From the human T2T-CHM13v2.0 reference genome, Homo sapiens, in NCBI RefSeq assembly GCF_009914755.1, contig NC_060925.1: a DNA stretch of 64,000 nucleotides; one strand, written 5' to 3'. Positions 25,901 through 39,180 of this stretch are shown here, one piece after another (within the stretch, counting starts at the first letter, position 1; each line of letters opens with the position of its first letter). The notes beneath the pieces are model-generated. The model was not told the DNA's origin, did no database searches, and saw only the letters and a program-made list of their open reading frames with translations. The position numbers and the translations under genes were made by a program.

Positions 25901-25959
25901 CTAAGTTTTTCTGGGCTGTCCATTCATGTTTGTTAGATTGCTGGTTGGTTTGTTGTTCA

Positions 25960-27060
25960 GAATTAGGTAATTCAGGCACATGATACAAAACTAAAAGGGT
26001 ACAATAGAGAAAAAGACTCCTTCCATTGCTTGTCTCCCATTCACTGAACTTTTCTCCCTAGACACAATCAGCCAGTTAATAGTTTTCAGACAGTCTGTTC
26101 ATTTTCTTTTCCGCACAAGGTGGCCTTCTATGAAAATTTTTCTACATTTCCCTTTTTTCACCTCATATATGCTGGAGAATTACCATTTCAGTAAACACAG
26201 AAGTGTCCCATTCTTTTAATGGTTGTGTGTTATTCTGTTGCATGGATGCACTATAATTTATTTTTCCAGTGCTTTATAGAATTCTACTTAGGTTTTTATT
26301 CCTCTTTTGTAATTTTTACAAACAATGCTATAATAAATATCTTTCTACATTTTTTTTTGGTATATGTGTTACCTGTGGGATACATATTTAGAAATGGAAC
26401 CGCTTACTCAAAAGATACATACTTTAATACATTTTTAGAGATACTACTAAACTGCCTTCCATAGAGATTGGGGCAATAATTTATACTCCTCTCAACAACA
26501 TATAAGACTAGTTGTGGGCTCACAGTGTTCATTGCTTATCAGATTGGCATGTTTGTGATCTCTGCCCATCTGATAGGTAAAAAAAGGTGTCTCATCGTTG
26601 TTTCAATTTGCACTTATTCTAAATGCAGCTGGGGGCCTTTTCATGAGGTTGAGACTTTTTTATTTCTGTTTTTGAAACTATCCATCTGGATGGTCCAGGT
26701 CTTAGGAATAAAGATGACACATGGGTATATTCTCATGTTCTTTTGGTAAAATATGCCAAGTTGTTAGAACTTTTCCTATTAACTTGTAGAGCACATCATC
26801 TCAGAAAAATTGTCCCTTTGCCCATGATTTGAGTTTCAAATATTTGTCTTTTAACTTTGTGTATTGTGATTTTTCTAACTCAAAGTGTTTTATTTTTATA
26901 TAGTCATATCTATGGCTTCAGAATTTTAAGTCAAACTTAGATTTTTCCTAGTTCAACTTTCTAAAACACATTCTCCAATTTGTTTTTTCCTGCAGTTTCG
27001 TATTTAAAGTATTTAAATATTCTGATCTATCAGAAATTTGGCGTCTGCATCTCAAATAGT
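25960..27060 (-). mobile_element. L1ME 3' fragment
   Basis: Typical antisense L1ME 3'UTR/ORF2 end (aaacaatgctataataaatatc; tctcatcgttgtttcaatttgc). Confidence 0.8.
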
Positions 27061-27088
27061 GTTTTCCACATCTATAATTTTCTATTGA

Positions 27089-27549
<461 letters not shown>

Positions 27550-27649
27550 ACTAATGTTTTTACAAATTAATGTATTTCACACTTAAGTTTTGCTTTAATG
27601 GGCATCATGTGTTTCTACCAAGTCTTTTGTTTTCATTAATTTTCATAAG

Positions 27650-27800
27650 GATGGCGTGTCCCAGATAAAGGCTGTTTCTTCAGTCTAGGCCCAGCAGATT
27701 CAAAGCCACCAAGAAGTAATGTGAGTGAGAAATAAATGTTTTCTATTATAAACTACTGAGACTTTGGGATTTTTGCTTTTTCAAAGCTGACTAGTTAATA
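27650..27800 (+). mobile_element. MLT1K/L-like LTR 3' fragment
   Basis: gtgagtgagaaataaatg...ctactgagactttggg...aaagctgact. Confidence 0.55.
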
Positions 27801-27809
27801 GTGTTAATT

Positions 27810-29406
27810 GTATCTCTGTTTTTTACCCTCGTATCATGAAGTATAACATATCTAAAAAAGGACACAAATGTTCCCTGCCATACATTATCATTAGGTTAAA
27901 TCCTATGTGATGTGATCATCAGCATCCAGGTCTGAAGTCAAAATATTGCCAGCCCTCAGAAATAGGATCGGACCCCTTCCTCACAGCTATGAGTTGAGTT
28001 GTGTCCCCGCAAATTCATATGTGGAAGTCATAACCCACAGTACTTCAGAATGTGACCATATCTGGAGATAAGGTCTTTAAGAGGCAATTCAGTTAAAATG
28101 AGCTCATTAGGGTGGGCTTTCCTCCAGTATGCCTAATATTCTTAGAAGAAGATGAAATTAGGACACATACATGTACAGAGGGAAGAGCATGTGAATATAG
28201 AGGGAGAACACAGGTATTTACCAGCCAAGGAGAGAGGCCTCAAAAGAAACCAACCAGGTCAACAACCTTGACCTCAAACTTCTAGCCTCCAGAATTGTGA
28301 GAAAACACATTTCTGTTGTTTAAGTCACCCAAAGCGGTACTTTGTTGTGACAGCCCTAGCAAATTAATACACTTATTATAGTGGTTTCCTCCCCACACAG
28401 TAGTGATAACCTCTGTACTTTCCTCCAACGTTATAGTTTATGTTGTGTGTTTTTCAAACTGCGTAGGTCAAAACCGCATTTGTGTGTGTGTGCTCATGTG
28501 TCTGTTTGGCTTCCTGTGCTCAAGATTACGTTTGTGAGATTTATCTATTTCTTTGCTATAAACATGTTCTAAAACATATATAAACATATGCTGAAATAAT
28601 GTATTAACCAATTCTCCTGTTTGCGAGCTTTTGGGTTGTTTTTATTCTGGGCCTATTATGGATAATACTGTTATAAAATTCTTGTACACATCTCTCAGTG
28701 CTTATATGCACACATTTCTGTTGAGTATATACCAAAAAAATAGAATTGCTGCCTTATAGGTTCTGTGTGGGTTCAACTTTAGTAGATATGTCAAATGGTT
28801 TTCTGAAGTGGTTTTAGCAATTTATACTACCACTAGCAGTTCAAGAAAGTCTCCATTGTTCTACATCCTTGACAACAATTAATGTTGTCAGACTTAATTT
28901 TTGTCATTCAATAATAGAAAATGGTTTCTCACTATGGTTTTAGTTTCTATTTCTGTATACAAATGAGATTAAGTACTTTTTCATATATTGATCGGTAATT
29001 AGAACATTCTTTTCAGTGAAGTCATTTTTTATACCCTTGCATGCTTCTATTGGATTTTCAGCATTTTTCTTATTGATATGTGGCTATTAGTTATATATTA
29101 TGAAAGTGAGCCTTTGTTGGTTTATATATGCTGTCAATATAGTCTTTCACTCTGTGAAAATATAAAGTTGTTTCTTACTCTATATTATATTTAGAAATAA
29201 ATTCCAGGTGGATTAGTGGGTCTAAATTAAAAATAGAAAGCAATACAATTTTTAAAAATAATATAGAAAAATATCTTTATGACTTTGAAGTAGGAAGAGT
29301 ATTTTTAAGCAGGGAACAAAAAATAGACTGGCAAGTCTGATCACAACAATACCAATATATTATTCATCTAAAACCACCATTAAAAGTACGAAAAAGCAAG
29401 TTCACA
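27810..29406 (-). mobile_element. L1ME with 5' inverted segment (29157-29406, +), interrupted by MLT1B
   Basis: Antisense L1ME 3' end runs to 29156, then a sense ORF2 piece ends at aaaaagcaagttcaca, contiguous in consensus with the antisense part. Confidence 0.75.
27985..28371 (+). mobile_element. MLT1B solo LTR
   Basis: gctatgagttgagttgtgtcccc...cagccctagcaaattaataca; ~387 bp, near full length. Confidence 0.9.
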
Positions 29407-29499
29407 TAGGGTAAGTCAAATTTTTAGGGATGTCTAAGTAAGGTAAATCCTCATTCTCATAGGCAAAAGTTTATGGATATTATTTAAAGTTGATTCATA

Positions 29500-29700
29500 A
29501 AGAAGTAATAATACATATATTACTTAAAGATTGGAAAATACAAAAGCACACAGTAAATCACTGTTTCTGGGAGTAGGAGTGGAGATAAGGGTGGATAGGA
29601 AGGGGATGAAGAAGAGAACTGTTGGGTTTCATTATAATTCCTGAATACTATTTGATTTGTTAATTATGTACATGTGTTACTTTGAGTTATTTTTTAAAAG
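29500..29700 (+). mobile_element. Old L1ME 3' UTR fragment
   Basis: ttggaaaatacaaaa...tctgggagtagg...atgtacatgtgttacttt. Confidence 0.5.
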
Positions 29701-29717
29701 ATACTTTTTTCAGATAT

Positions 29718-30210
<493 letters not shown>

Positions 30211-30294
30211 TTCTAACTGGTTAATGCTGCCATAACAGCTAAATAAATTATGACTTCCAGATGTTGTATCTACTTCAGATGTTAGATAGGGAGC

Positions 30295-30920
30295 ACAGGG
30301 TAGTGTAGTTGAAACAGTATTCATTTTGAAATTAGAACATCCATTTGAGTTCAGATTGGGACCTTGCTTTGAGCAAGTCACTTGAAGTTCCAAAACTTTA
30401 GACCTCTCAACTATAAAACGAGTCTAATATGTATGGATTTTGCCTACAACCCCCACAAAGCAGCTCTGTGGTTTATGTGAGAAATTATTTTCTGAACTAT
30501 CTATAACATTCATCTTCTACAGTATTGGCAGAATATGTATATGTCAAATTTTAATGCTAATATTTTAAACATAAGCTGGGTATTATAATATATAGTAGTG
30601 TCTTTATTGCTTCTCTATTTGTTACTGCAAAAAGTTTGCAATGGCCAGCTCGTGAGTTCCATTTGGCAAACATTTTACAGAGCATCTACTCCATATCATG
30701 TTACACGCTAAGAGCTGTCAATATACAAGAGGAATCCATGTCCTCAAGTAACATACAATCTACATTATCTGCTTCATGGCTTTCATAGAAATGCCTTTCA
30801 CATGAGCATGCATGCTGCATGTTTTCCTAGTTGTGTTACCTTGGAGAAGCCATTTCCCCTTTCTGGGCTTCAGTTTCCTTATCTATAACATGAAGATGTT
30901 GGGTCTTTATATATACTTTG
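30295..30920. mobile_element. MIR(+) ~30295-30500, L2(-) ~30655-30770, MIR(+) ~30825-30920
   Basis: MIR cores (cttcagtttccttatctataa) and L2 3' end (cattt..caaacattt..gagcatctact). Confidence 0.6.
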
Positions 30921-31019
30921 GATTCACTGATTTCCAGCAATCTATATTTAGCAGGACCCCTTAATGCCTTTAAAAAATCATAGCACTTATTTATTGAGTA
31001 CCTTCTCCATACTCAGTTT

Positions 31020-31490
31020 ACGAGTCAGGGTTCAACCAGGAAGCACTCAATATTAAGCACAGAGGAAACTGGTTACACTGGTGAAAGAAGAACAAAGAAG
31101 CCAATCATGGGGGCAGTGAGATACCCAGAGATTAGCAATAGTAGGAAACCACTATCACTCACTAAGTCGCAGAGGCAAAAGAGAAACTTAGATTGCCAGA
31201 GCCCAGGGTTTAGAGTCACCTGGAGGAAAATACAACCATTAAAGCATGTTTAGTGACCAGAGAGGAGACACAGCCAGAGCAAGAGATACCACCTGAGTCA
31301 GAAAGGGGCCAGGATAGATGCACTGGACATTTTCCTTCTCTGTTTCATCTCTAACGTGAACCTAGCTGGAGTTCTTTGACCAGGAGCCTGGGAAATGCAG
31401 TCTTCCAGTGTCATCCTCAGTGATACAAAGCAAAGCAGGAGAAGGGTGAGGAATGGATCTGAGTACAAACAGCACACAGACTAGCCTGCT
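31020..31490 (-). mobile_element. LTR33-like ERVL LTR
   Basis: agtcagggttcaaccaggaagc...ggagcctgggaaatgcagtc...gaaggg..ggaatggatctgag. Confidence 0.55.
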
Positions 31491-31599
31491 CACTATGGTG
31501 CCCAGTACTCCTTGAAGGAGCTTATAATGTACTGGAGGAAACCAAGCTCATATTGGTGAAGCAAGAAAAAATAAATATAATGAGTTGTCATTCATGCAT

Positions 31600-31750
31600 G
31601 TTAGCTGAGACCTAGAAATTATTTTCTGTATTTTTTAAAATGAAGAAACAGGCACAGAGAGCTGGCTTGCCCAAATTCACACAGCAAGTCAAATGAAGCA
31701 AAATTGGAACCCATAATCATATACCTTCAGAGGACATACTCTTTCTTCTG
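31600..31750 (-). mobile_element. MIR
   Basis: aatgaagaaacaggcacagagagctggcttgcccaaattcacacagc. Confidence 0.7.
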
Positions 31751-32854
31751 TATACTTTAGCATTAGGTGTTGCAGGATCTCAGTACAATGGGTGTTCATA
31801 GAACAGCAAAGTCTCTATTTCCTCATCTGAAAAATGGAATTTGGGACAACTCCTATAGGAATCCTTTATCAGCACAGTCTAGAATCATCTAGGAAGGCTT
31901 TATAGAAAATGTAGGGCTTTTCAGGAGTCTTGAAGGATATGTGAGACTCATAGAGAAAGGGCATGAATAACGTTCCTTTTGTTTCTCTGAGAAACCCTTT
32001 CTCTCTGCAGATTTGTTTGAGTTTGAGCAATGAAACATAATATTGCTTCCAGGGACCCTAATGGGCTCTCCTAAGTCAAGGCTTTAGGTCTGCAAAGCTG
32101 TTGTCACATCACACAGCCCTGGAGATTCAGGGGCTTCCCAGAAAGTATCTTAGCTTCACCCCCGGTCCCTTGTGCCTTGTGCTCTGACTGAGGGGTACCT
32201 GCATGTTCGACATTAGCTCTCCGGGGCAATTGGATCTCTATTGGCCATACATCTGAGAACTCTCAGAAATACTGTTTATTCCTTGAGAAATCTGGAATGA
32301 ATTAAGCTGAATAAATTGGCTCTCAGCTTGGCTGTTTCAGATGGCAGCAAAGAAATAACATATGCTAGCTTTCCTCCATTTTCTTGTTCTATTTTTCCTT
32401 TATGGAAGGAGAAATGAAAACACACCCATATTCATGAAAAAATTAGATTTGGTCATATTCTCCAGCAAGTGGAAGCTGTCAATGAGAATATTTAGGTGTC
32501 TTAGAAGAGTGTTACAACAGGAAGAAAACTAGGGCATTCACTCTGATACATGTCTGTAAACTGTGCAGCATAAATCTAAATAGAAGTGGGGTGTTCACAG
32601 AGCTGATCTGTATCTGAGTTGCTAGGGCTACTGATACAGTGAGCAAACACAATAAAGAATTTTCCCTTTTTAATCCTCCACCAATCTTACCTTTCTCCTC
32701 AGTGCCAAACATTTATTAAAAGAAAGCCACATGGGGACTTTGAAAACATTCAGAAGAAAATTAGAAGGAAACAAAAGGAGAAATAATCTGGGCATAATTA
32801 ATCATGATTATAGCTGACACATGCATTATTTTGACTGCTCAATCTTGGTTTACA

Positions 32855-33103
32855 AATAATTAATGATAACAATCATAGCTGGGTGCAGCACGGTGCTAAG
32901 TTCTTAGTATATTATTACCCCCTTCATATGTAACAATGGCTCTGTAATCTAAGTATTATTATTATTATTCTCACCTTACAAATGATAAAACTGAGAGCTT
33001 AAACAACTTTCCCGAACTAACACATTTAGAAAGTCCTGGAGTCAGTTTTCCACTTTAAGTCTATTCAACTGTTATGTCCTGGCTCTAAGTGATTATACCA
33101 TAC
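32855..33103 (-). mobile_element. MIR, near full length
   Basis: gtattattattattattctcaccttacaaatgataaaactgag. Confidence 0.8.
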
Positions 33104-33107
33104 TGGA

Positions 33108-33290
33108 TGTTATAAGTATGGAGTTGTGCTGTCTATATCTCCCCTTCAAAAAAGGATTTGTTGTCCCAGCTGCTGGGGGCACTGTCAGCTCCCTCAGGGA
33201 TTATGTCAGCTGCAGAGAGCCACCTTCCCCAAGGTCAAACCTTTCCCAGGGCTGCTCATGTCTAATGACTCGGGGGCAATCCTAGACATA
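33108..33290 (+). mobile_element. LTR16A/B-like LTR 5' half
   Basis: tgttataagtatggagttgtgctg...cccccttcaa...ccaaggtca...tctaatgact. Confidence 0.65.
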
Positions 33291-33299
33291 CGCCCTCTT

Positions 33300-34950
33300 T
33301 CATAGTTATCTTTTATGGGTAACACTGTCTCATTAAAGAGAGGGGATTTCCCCAGCATTATTACCCTAATGAGACCTGTGCTCATCACACTTGCTTTCAT
33401 TTAGTACCTGTCTTCTCCACTTACCTTTGAGCCCCCCTAAGGTAAAGCCCACATCCATTGGTTACTTGACATTCCATCATCGAGCCAGCAGCCTCTCAAG
33501 TCACCTGGTATATGTCCAGAGCATTATTCCTAGGTGTGCCCTTAGAACCCGAAGAATCCCACCAAGTGTTTTGCTTCCTACTGTATGGTAGCAGATATAA
33601 GACCCGGCACTTTGTCTTTTGGAAGAGATGTCCCAGCATGCCCCTGATCACTGAACTCTTAAGAACTTAATTACACTGACAGATCTCTGAATTTTTGTAG
33701 GTTTTATTTCCAACCGTCTGGAGCACCTTTGTCTTCCCATGGCCTCAAGTGTGCTGGATACTTCTTGATCATTTTGCTAGATCCCTATGATGTTACCAAT
33801 GTAATGCTCCAATATGATGTTCCATGGGATGTCCAGGAGGTGTAGATCTCTTTGGGCTGTATTATAATAGACAATGCACAAATTAACACGGGCTTGGGGC
33901 AACATTGCACATGAATATTTTGTCTCTTTCATTTGAAGGCCAAAGTTTCAAAATTGCCTTTTCTGATTGGAATATATATAAAAAGACACACTTGCCAAAT
34001 CAAAGCTCCTGAGACCTTGTTAATCTTAATCAAAGACACCATATCTAACACAGCAGCAGCATTAGGGTTACTTTCTGACTGAGCTTGCAGCAGTCTATAG
34101 TCCTTCTCTAGGATCCGTTGGTTTCGGCAGGGGCCGTATTGGTGAATTCAATATGGTATGATCCACTACCCCTATGTCCTTGAGATCCCTGGGAGTAACA
34201 CTAATCTTCTAACCCCCATGGAGATGTGATATTGTTTTTGACTTACTATCTTAGTCAGGGTGAGAGGCACATATGTCAGAAGCTTCTCCTTGGATTCACC
34301 ATTATAATAGCTCCTTCTTCACAGACCCAATGTGGTGGTTACTCTAACTGCCAAGTATGCCAATTCCATTTATGCATTCAGGGACTGAGGAAATAAAAAC
34401 CATGTGGGATGGTTTATTAACCAACCTTTGGCCAGGATTCCATTTCCAGGGCCCTTATATGCTATCACTGTCAAAGGGGATCTGTAAGAACTCTCTCTAT
34501 TTCTTAGAGTTCCCCTTTTCCCCAGTCAACTAAGTAAATGGCTAGAGTTGTCTTTGAGGAAGGCCTGGAAACTATCACAGTATATATGTGTTGTGGTGTG
34601 GCAGGACCCTTCCTCTTGGGAATTGAGCCAAGTATGAGAAGTAGGAAAAGGACTAGGACAAACTCCTCCAACCTCTTGCTCCTCTATTTTTGCTATCATT
34701 GCCTTATATCTATTAAGCAGAACATTCATTGACTGACTATCTATTTTGCCACTAACAATGTAGTTTTCTGTTAATCATGTCCACAATCCTGTATGGCTTA
34801 AGCCCCTTTGGCTGAAATAATGCAGCAATTATTATGGTAACCTCAAACTCCTGGTTTCTGGCAGTTTAGTGCCACTACCTGACCTCTATTACTCCATCCC
34901 AACTGGCCCCATAAGAGTGCAGACCTAGTGCATATCTCATTCTTATCACT
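33300..34950 (-). mobile_element. Decayed ERVL internal (gag end/pro/RT), ERV3-16A3_I-like
   Basis: Minus-strand translation: LKDIGVV...NSP, DCCKLSQ, AAVLDMVSL, LPQARVN, RDLHLLDIPWNIILEHYIGNII (YIDD equivalent at ~33793-33804). Confidence 0.85.
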
Positions 34951-35182
34951 TTTATCCTCACTTTTATCTGATTAGATAAGCTAAGGAACAGGAACCCAGT
35001 AGAATACCTAATTAAATTGGAAGCAGTCCACATTCAGGGACTGGATCTTCCCAACAAAAAATGATACACACAAACATATATGTATACACATACATATAAA
35101 AGCTAAGTACATCTCAAATTTAGGATTGGTTCCAAAATTCAAACTTTTGTATTAAAATAAAATTTCTTTATAATAATATTTC

Positions 35183-35493
35183 TTTTTTTTTTCTTTTTTT
35201 TTTTTTTTTTTTTGAGACAGAGTTTCGCTCTGTCTCCCAGGCTGGAGTGCAATGGCACGATCTTGGCTCACTGCAACCTCTGGCTCCTGGGTTCAAGCAA
35301 TTCTCTGCCTCAGCCTCCTGAGTAGCTGGGATTATAGGTGCCCACCACCACATCTGGCTAATTTTTGTATTTTTAGTAGAGATGGGGTTTCACCATCTTT
35401 GCCAGGCTGGTCTTGAACTCCTGACCTAGTGATCCACCCGCCTCAGCCTCCCAAAGTGTTGGGATTACAGGCGTGAGCCACCGAGGCCTGGCC
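35183..35493 (-). mobile_element. AluSx/Sq inserted in the L1 tail
   Basis: Full Alu; TSD aatatttc(t/c)tttttt. Confidence 0.95.
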
Positions 35494-35499
35494 AATATT

Positions 35500-38400
35500 T
35501 CCTTTTTTAAAAAAAACTTTTGTTTTAGGTTCAGGGGTACATGTGCACATTTATTATAAAGATAAACTCATGTCATGCAGTTTGGAGTACAGATTATTTC
35601 ATCACCCAGGTACTAAGCAGAGTACTCAATAGGTAGTTTTCCTGATCCTCTCCCTCCATTCACAGTCCTCCCTCAAGTAGGGCCCAGAGCCTATTGTTCC
35701 CCTCTTTGTGCCCATTGGTTCTCATTATGTAACTCATACTAATAAGTGAGAACATGCAGTATTTGGTTTTCTGTTCCTGTGTTAGTTTGCTAAGGATAAT
35801 GTTTTCCAGCTCCATCTATGTTCCTACAAAGGACATGAGCTCATTCATTTTATGGCTGCATAGTATTCCTTGGTATATATGTACCATATTTTCTTTATCT
35901 AGTCTACCACTGATGGGCATTTAGGTTGATTTCATGTCTTTGCTATTGTGAATAGGGCTGCAATGAATGTATGTGTGTGTATGTGTCTTTATGGCAGAAC
36001 AACTTATATTCCTTTGGTGTATACCCAGTAACAGGATTGCTGGGTTAAATTGTCATGCTGTTTTTAGTTCTTTGAGGAATCATCACACTGCTTTCCACAA
36101 TGGTTGAACTGATTTACACTCCCATCAGCAGTGTATAAGTGTTCCCTTTTCTCCACAACCTCAACAGTATCTATTATATTTTACTTTTTAATAATACCAT
36201 TCTAACTGGTGTGAAAATGGTATCTCATTGTGCTTTTCCCATTTGGGAAGTCTTTTATTTCTTGCCTTAGTGCTCTGACCAGGACTTCCAATACTGTGAA
36301 TAGGAATGGTAAGAGAGGATTTCCTTGTCATGTGCTAATTTTCAAGTGGAATGCTTCTAGCTTTTGGCCATTCAGTATGATGTTGGCTGTGGGTTTGTCA
36401 TAGATGGCTCATATTATTTTGAAGTATGTTCCTTCATTGCCAAGTTTATTGACGGTTTTTAACATAAATGAATGTTGTATTTTATCAAAAGTCCTTTTCT
36501 GCATCTATTGAGATAATCGCTTGGTTTTTGTCTTTAGTTTTTTTTATGTGATGAATCACATTTATTGATTTGCATGTCTTGAATGAACCTTGCATCCCAG
36601 GCATAAAGCCTACTTGATTATTGTGGATTAGCTTTTTGATGTGGTGCTGGATTCAGTTTGCTAGTATTTTGTTGAGGATTTTCACATCTATGTTCATCAA
36701 GAATATTGGACTGCAATTTTCTTTTTTTGTTGTGTCTCTGCCAGGTTTTGGTCTCAGGATGATGCTGGCCTCATAGGATGAGTTTGGGAGGAGTCCCTCC
36801 TCCTCAGTCCCTCCTCCAAAACTATTTTTGGAATAGTTTCAGTAGGAATGGTACTAGCTCTTCTTTGTACATCCAGTAGAATTTGGCTGTGAATCTGTCT
36901 GGTCCTAAGCTTTCTTTATGTGGGCAGGCTATTTATTACTAATTCAATTTCAGAGTCAATTATTGGTCTCAATTTCTTCATGATTCAGTCTTGGGAGGGT
37001 GTATGTGTTCAGGGATTTATCCATTTCTTTTAGACTTTCTAGTTTGTGTTCACAGAGGTGTTCATAGTAGACTCCGGTGGTTATTGTATTTCTGTGGGGT
37101 CAGTGGTAATGTTCCCATTGTCATTTCTAATTGTGATTATTTGGATCTTTTCTTCTTTATTAGTCTAGCTAGTGGTCTATCTATCTTATTAATTTTTTTT
37201 AAAGAACAAGCTCCTGGTTTTGTTGATCTTTTGTATGTTTTATTTCATGTCTCAATCTCCTTTAGTTCAGCTCTAATTTTGGTTATTTTTTGTCTTCTGC
37301 TTGCTATGGTGTTGACTTGCTCTTGCTTGTCTTGTTCTTGTAGTTGTAATTTTATGTTGTTGATTTCAGATCTTTCTAACTTTTTGATGTGGACATTTAG
37401 TGCTATAAATTTTCCTTTTAGCAGTGCTGTAGCTGTGTCCCAAAGATTCTGGTATGTTGTATCTTTGTTCTCATTAGTTTCAAATAACTTCTTGATTTCT
37501 GCCTTAATTTCATTATTTCCCCAAGAGTCACTCAGGAGTGGGTTGTTTAATTTTCATGTAATTGCATGGTTTTGAGCAATTTTCTTCAGTTAAATTCTAT
37601 TTTTATTGCTCTGGGATTCAAGAGTGTGGTTGGTATAGTTTTGATTTTTTTTGAATTTGCTGAAGATTGTTTCATGTATCATTGTGTGGTTGATTTTAGA
37701 GTATGTGCCATGTGGTGTTGAGAAGAGTGCATTCTGTTGTTTTGGGATAGAGAGTTCTGTAGATGTCTATTAGGTACATTTGGTCAAGTGTTGAGTTCAG
37801 GTCCTAAATATCTTTGTTAATTTTCTGCCTTGATGATTTCTCTAATACTTTTCAGTGGGGTGTTGAAATCTCCCACTCTCATTGTGTAGGATTCTAAGTC
37901 TCTTCATAGGTCTCTAAGAATTTGCTTTATGGGTCTGGGTGCTCCTGTGTTGGATGTATATATTTAGGATAGTTAGGCCTTCTTATTGAATTGAACCCTT
38001 TACCATCATGTAATGCCCTTCTCTGTCTTTTTTTTTATCTTTGTTGGTTTAAAGTATGTTTTGTCTGATTGCAACCCCTGCATTTTCTGATTTCCTTTTG
38101 ATTGGTAGATTTTTCTCCATTCCTTTATTTCCATTTATTCCCATTGCATGTAATGACACCCATAGGTTCAATAAAGGCTCTTGAAGACAGCATACCATTG
38201 GGTCTTGCTTCTTTATCCAGATTTTCATATATGCCTTTAATTGGGGCATTTAGCCCATTTACATTCAAGGTTAGTGTTAATATGTGTGGATCTGATCCTG
38301 TCATCTTGTTGTTAGTTGTTATGCAAACTTGCTTGTGTGGTTGCTTTACAGTGTCACTGATCTGTGTACTTAAGTGTGTTTTTGTATTGGTTGGCAATGG

Positions 38401-39180
38401 TCTTTCTTTTCCATATTGCAGGAGCTCTTGTAAGGCAGGTCTTGTGGTAACAAAATCTCTCAGCATTTGCTTGTCTGAAAAGGATCTTATTTCTCTTTCA
38501 TTTATGAGGCTTAGTTTGGCTGGATATTAAATTCTTGGTTGGAAATTTTTTTCTTGAAGAATATTGAGACTATGCCCTCAATCTCTTCTTAAGCACAGTG
38601 GTCAGTAGGTAGGCTATGTGACTCAGCAAGAGCCTACATAGGGAACATTATGCTTAAACGCCACCTACTGGATAATGCTCCAAAAAGTCGACATTAAAAA
38701 TACTTTGTTGGCCAGGTTCATTAGTTCATGCCTGTAATCCAAGCACTTTGGGAGACCAAGGCATGTGGATCACTGGCACTCAGGAGTTTGAGACCAGATA
38801 TATAGATATATAGATATGGAAACCCATCTCTACAAAAAAATACAAAATTTAACTGGGTGTGTTGATAGTTGGCCTGTAGTCCCAGCTACTCAAGAGGCTG
38901 AGGTGGGAGAATGGCTTTAGCCCAGGAGTTCAAGGCTGCAGTGAGCCATGATCATGCCATCATGCCACTGCACTCCAGCTTGGGTGATGGAGTTGCCCCT
39001 CCAGCCCCCACTCCCCCAAAAAATGCTTTGATAACATACCCTCCATGAAACCAAATGCTAAAAAAAAAAAAACCAGCAAAATCAGCTACAAATAAAGACC
39101 CTGCACAAAGCCTCAGCCCTCTGGAAATATCCAGAAAAGAATTCTACTGAGTATTGTCACTTAGACGCCATTACTAAGGG
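35500..39180 (-). mobile_element. L1PA15/16-like LINE-1 with internal ORF2 deletion (~36236) and inverted 5'UTR segment (38591-39180, +)
   Basis: 3'UTR ttaggttcaggggtacatgtgc. ORF 38125-38466 has ORF1 LRDFVTTRPALQELL and ORF2 MTGSDPHILTLTLNVNGLNAPIK. Sense 5'UTR piece cacctactgg...aaataaagaccctgcaca. Confidence 0.9.
38710..39022 (+). mobile_element. AluJ with (ATATAG)n replacement and C-rich 3' end
   Basis: agcccaggagttcaaggctgcagtgagccatgatc; TSD aaaaat(a/g)ctttg. Confidence 0.9.

Noticed and set aside
36991-37575. Longest ORF (194 aa, +)
   Set aside because: It is the antisense frame of L1 ORF2; the hydrophobic composition reflects the T-rich strand.
38125-38466. Apparent ORF1-ORF2 fusion ORF
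   Set aside because: Chance frameshifts in a dead L1; no intact domain.
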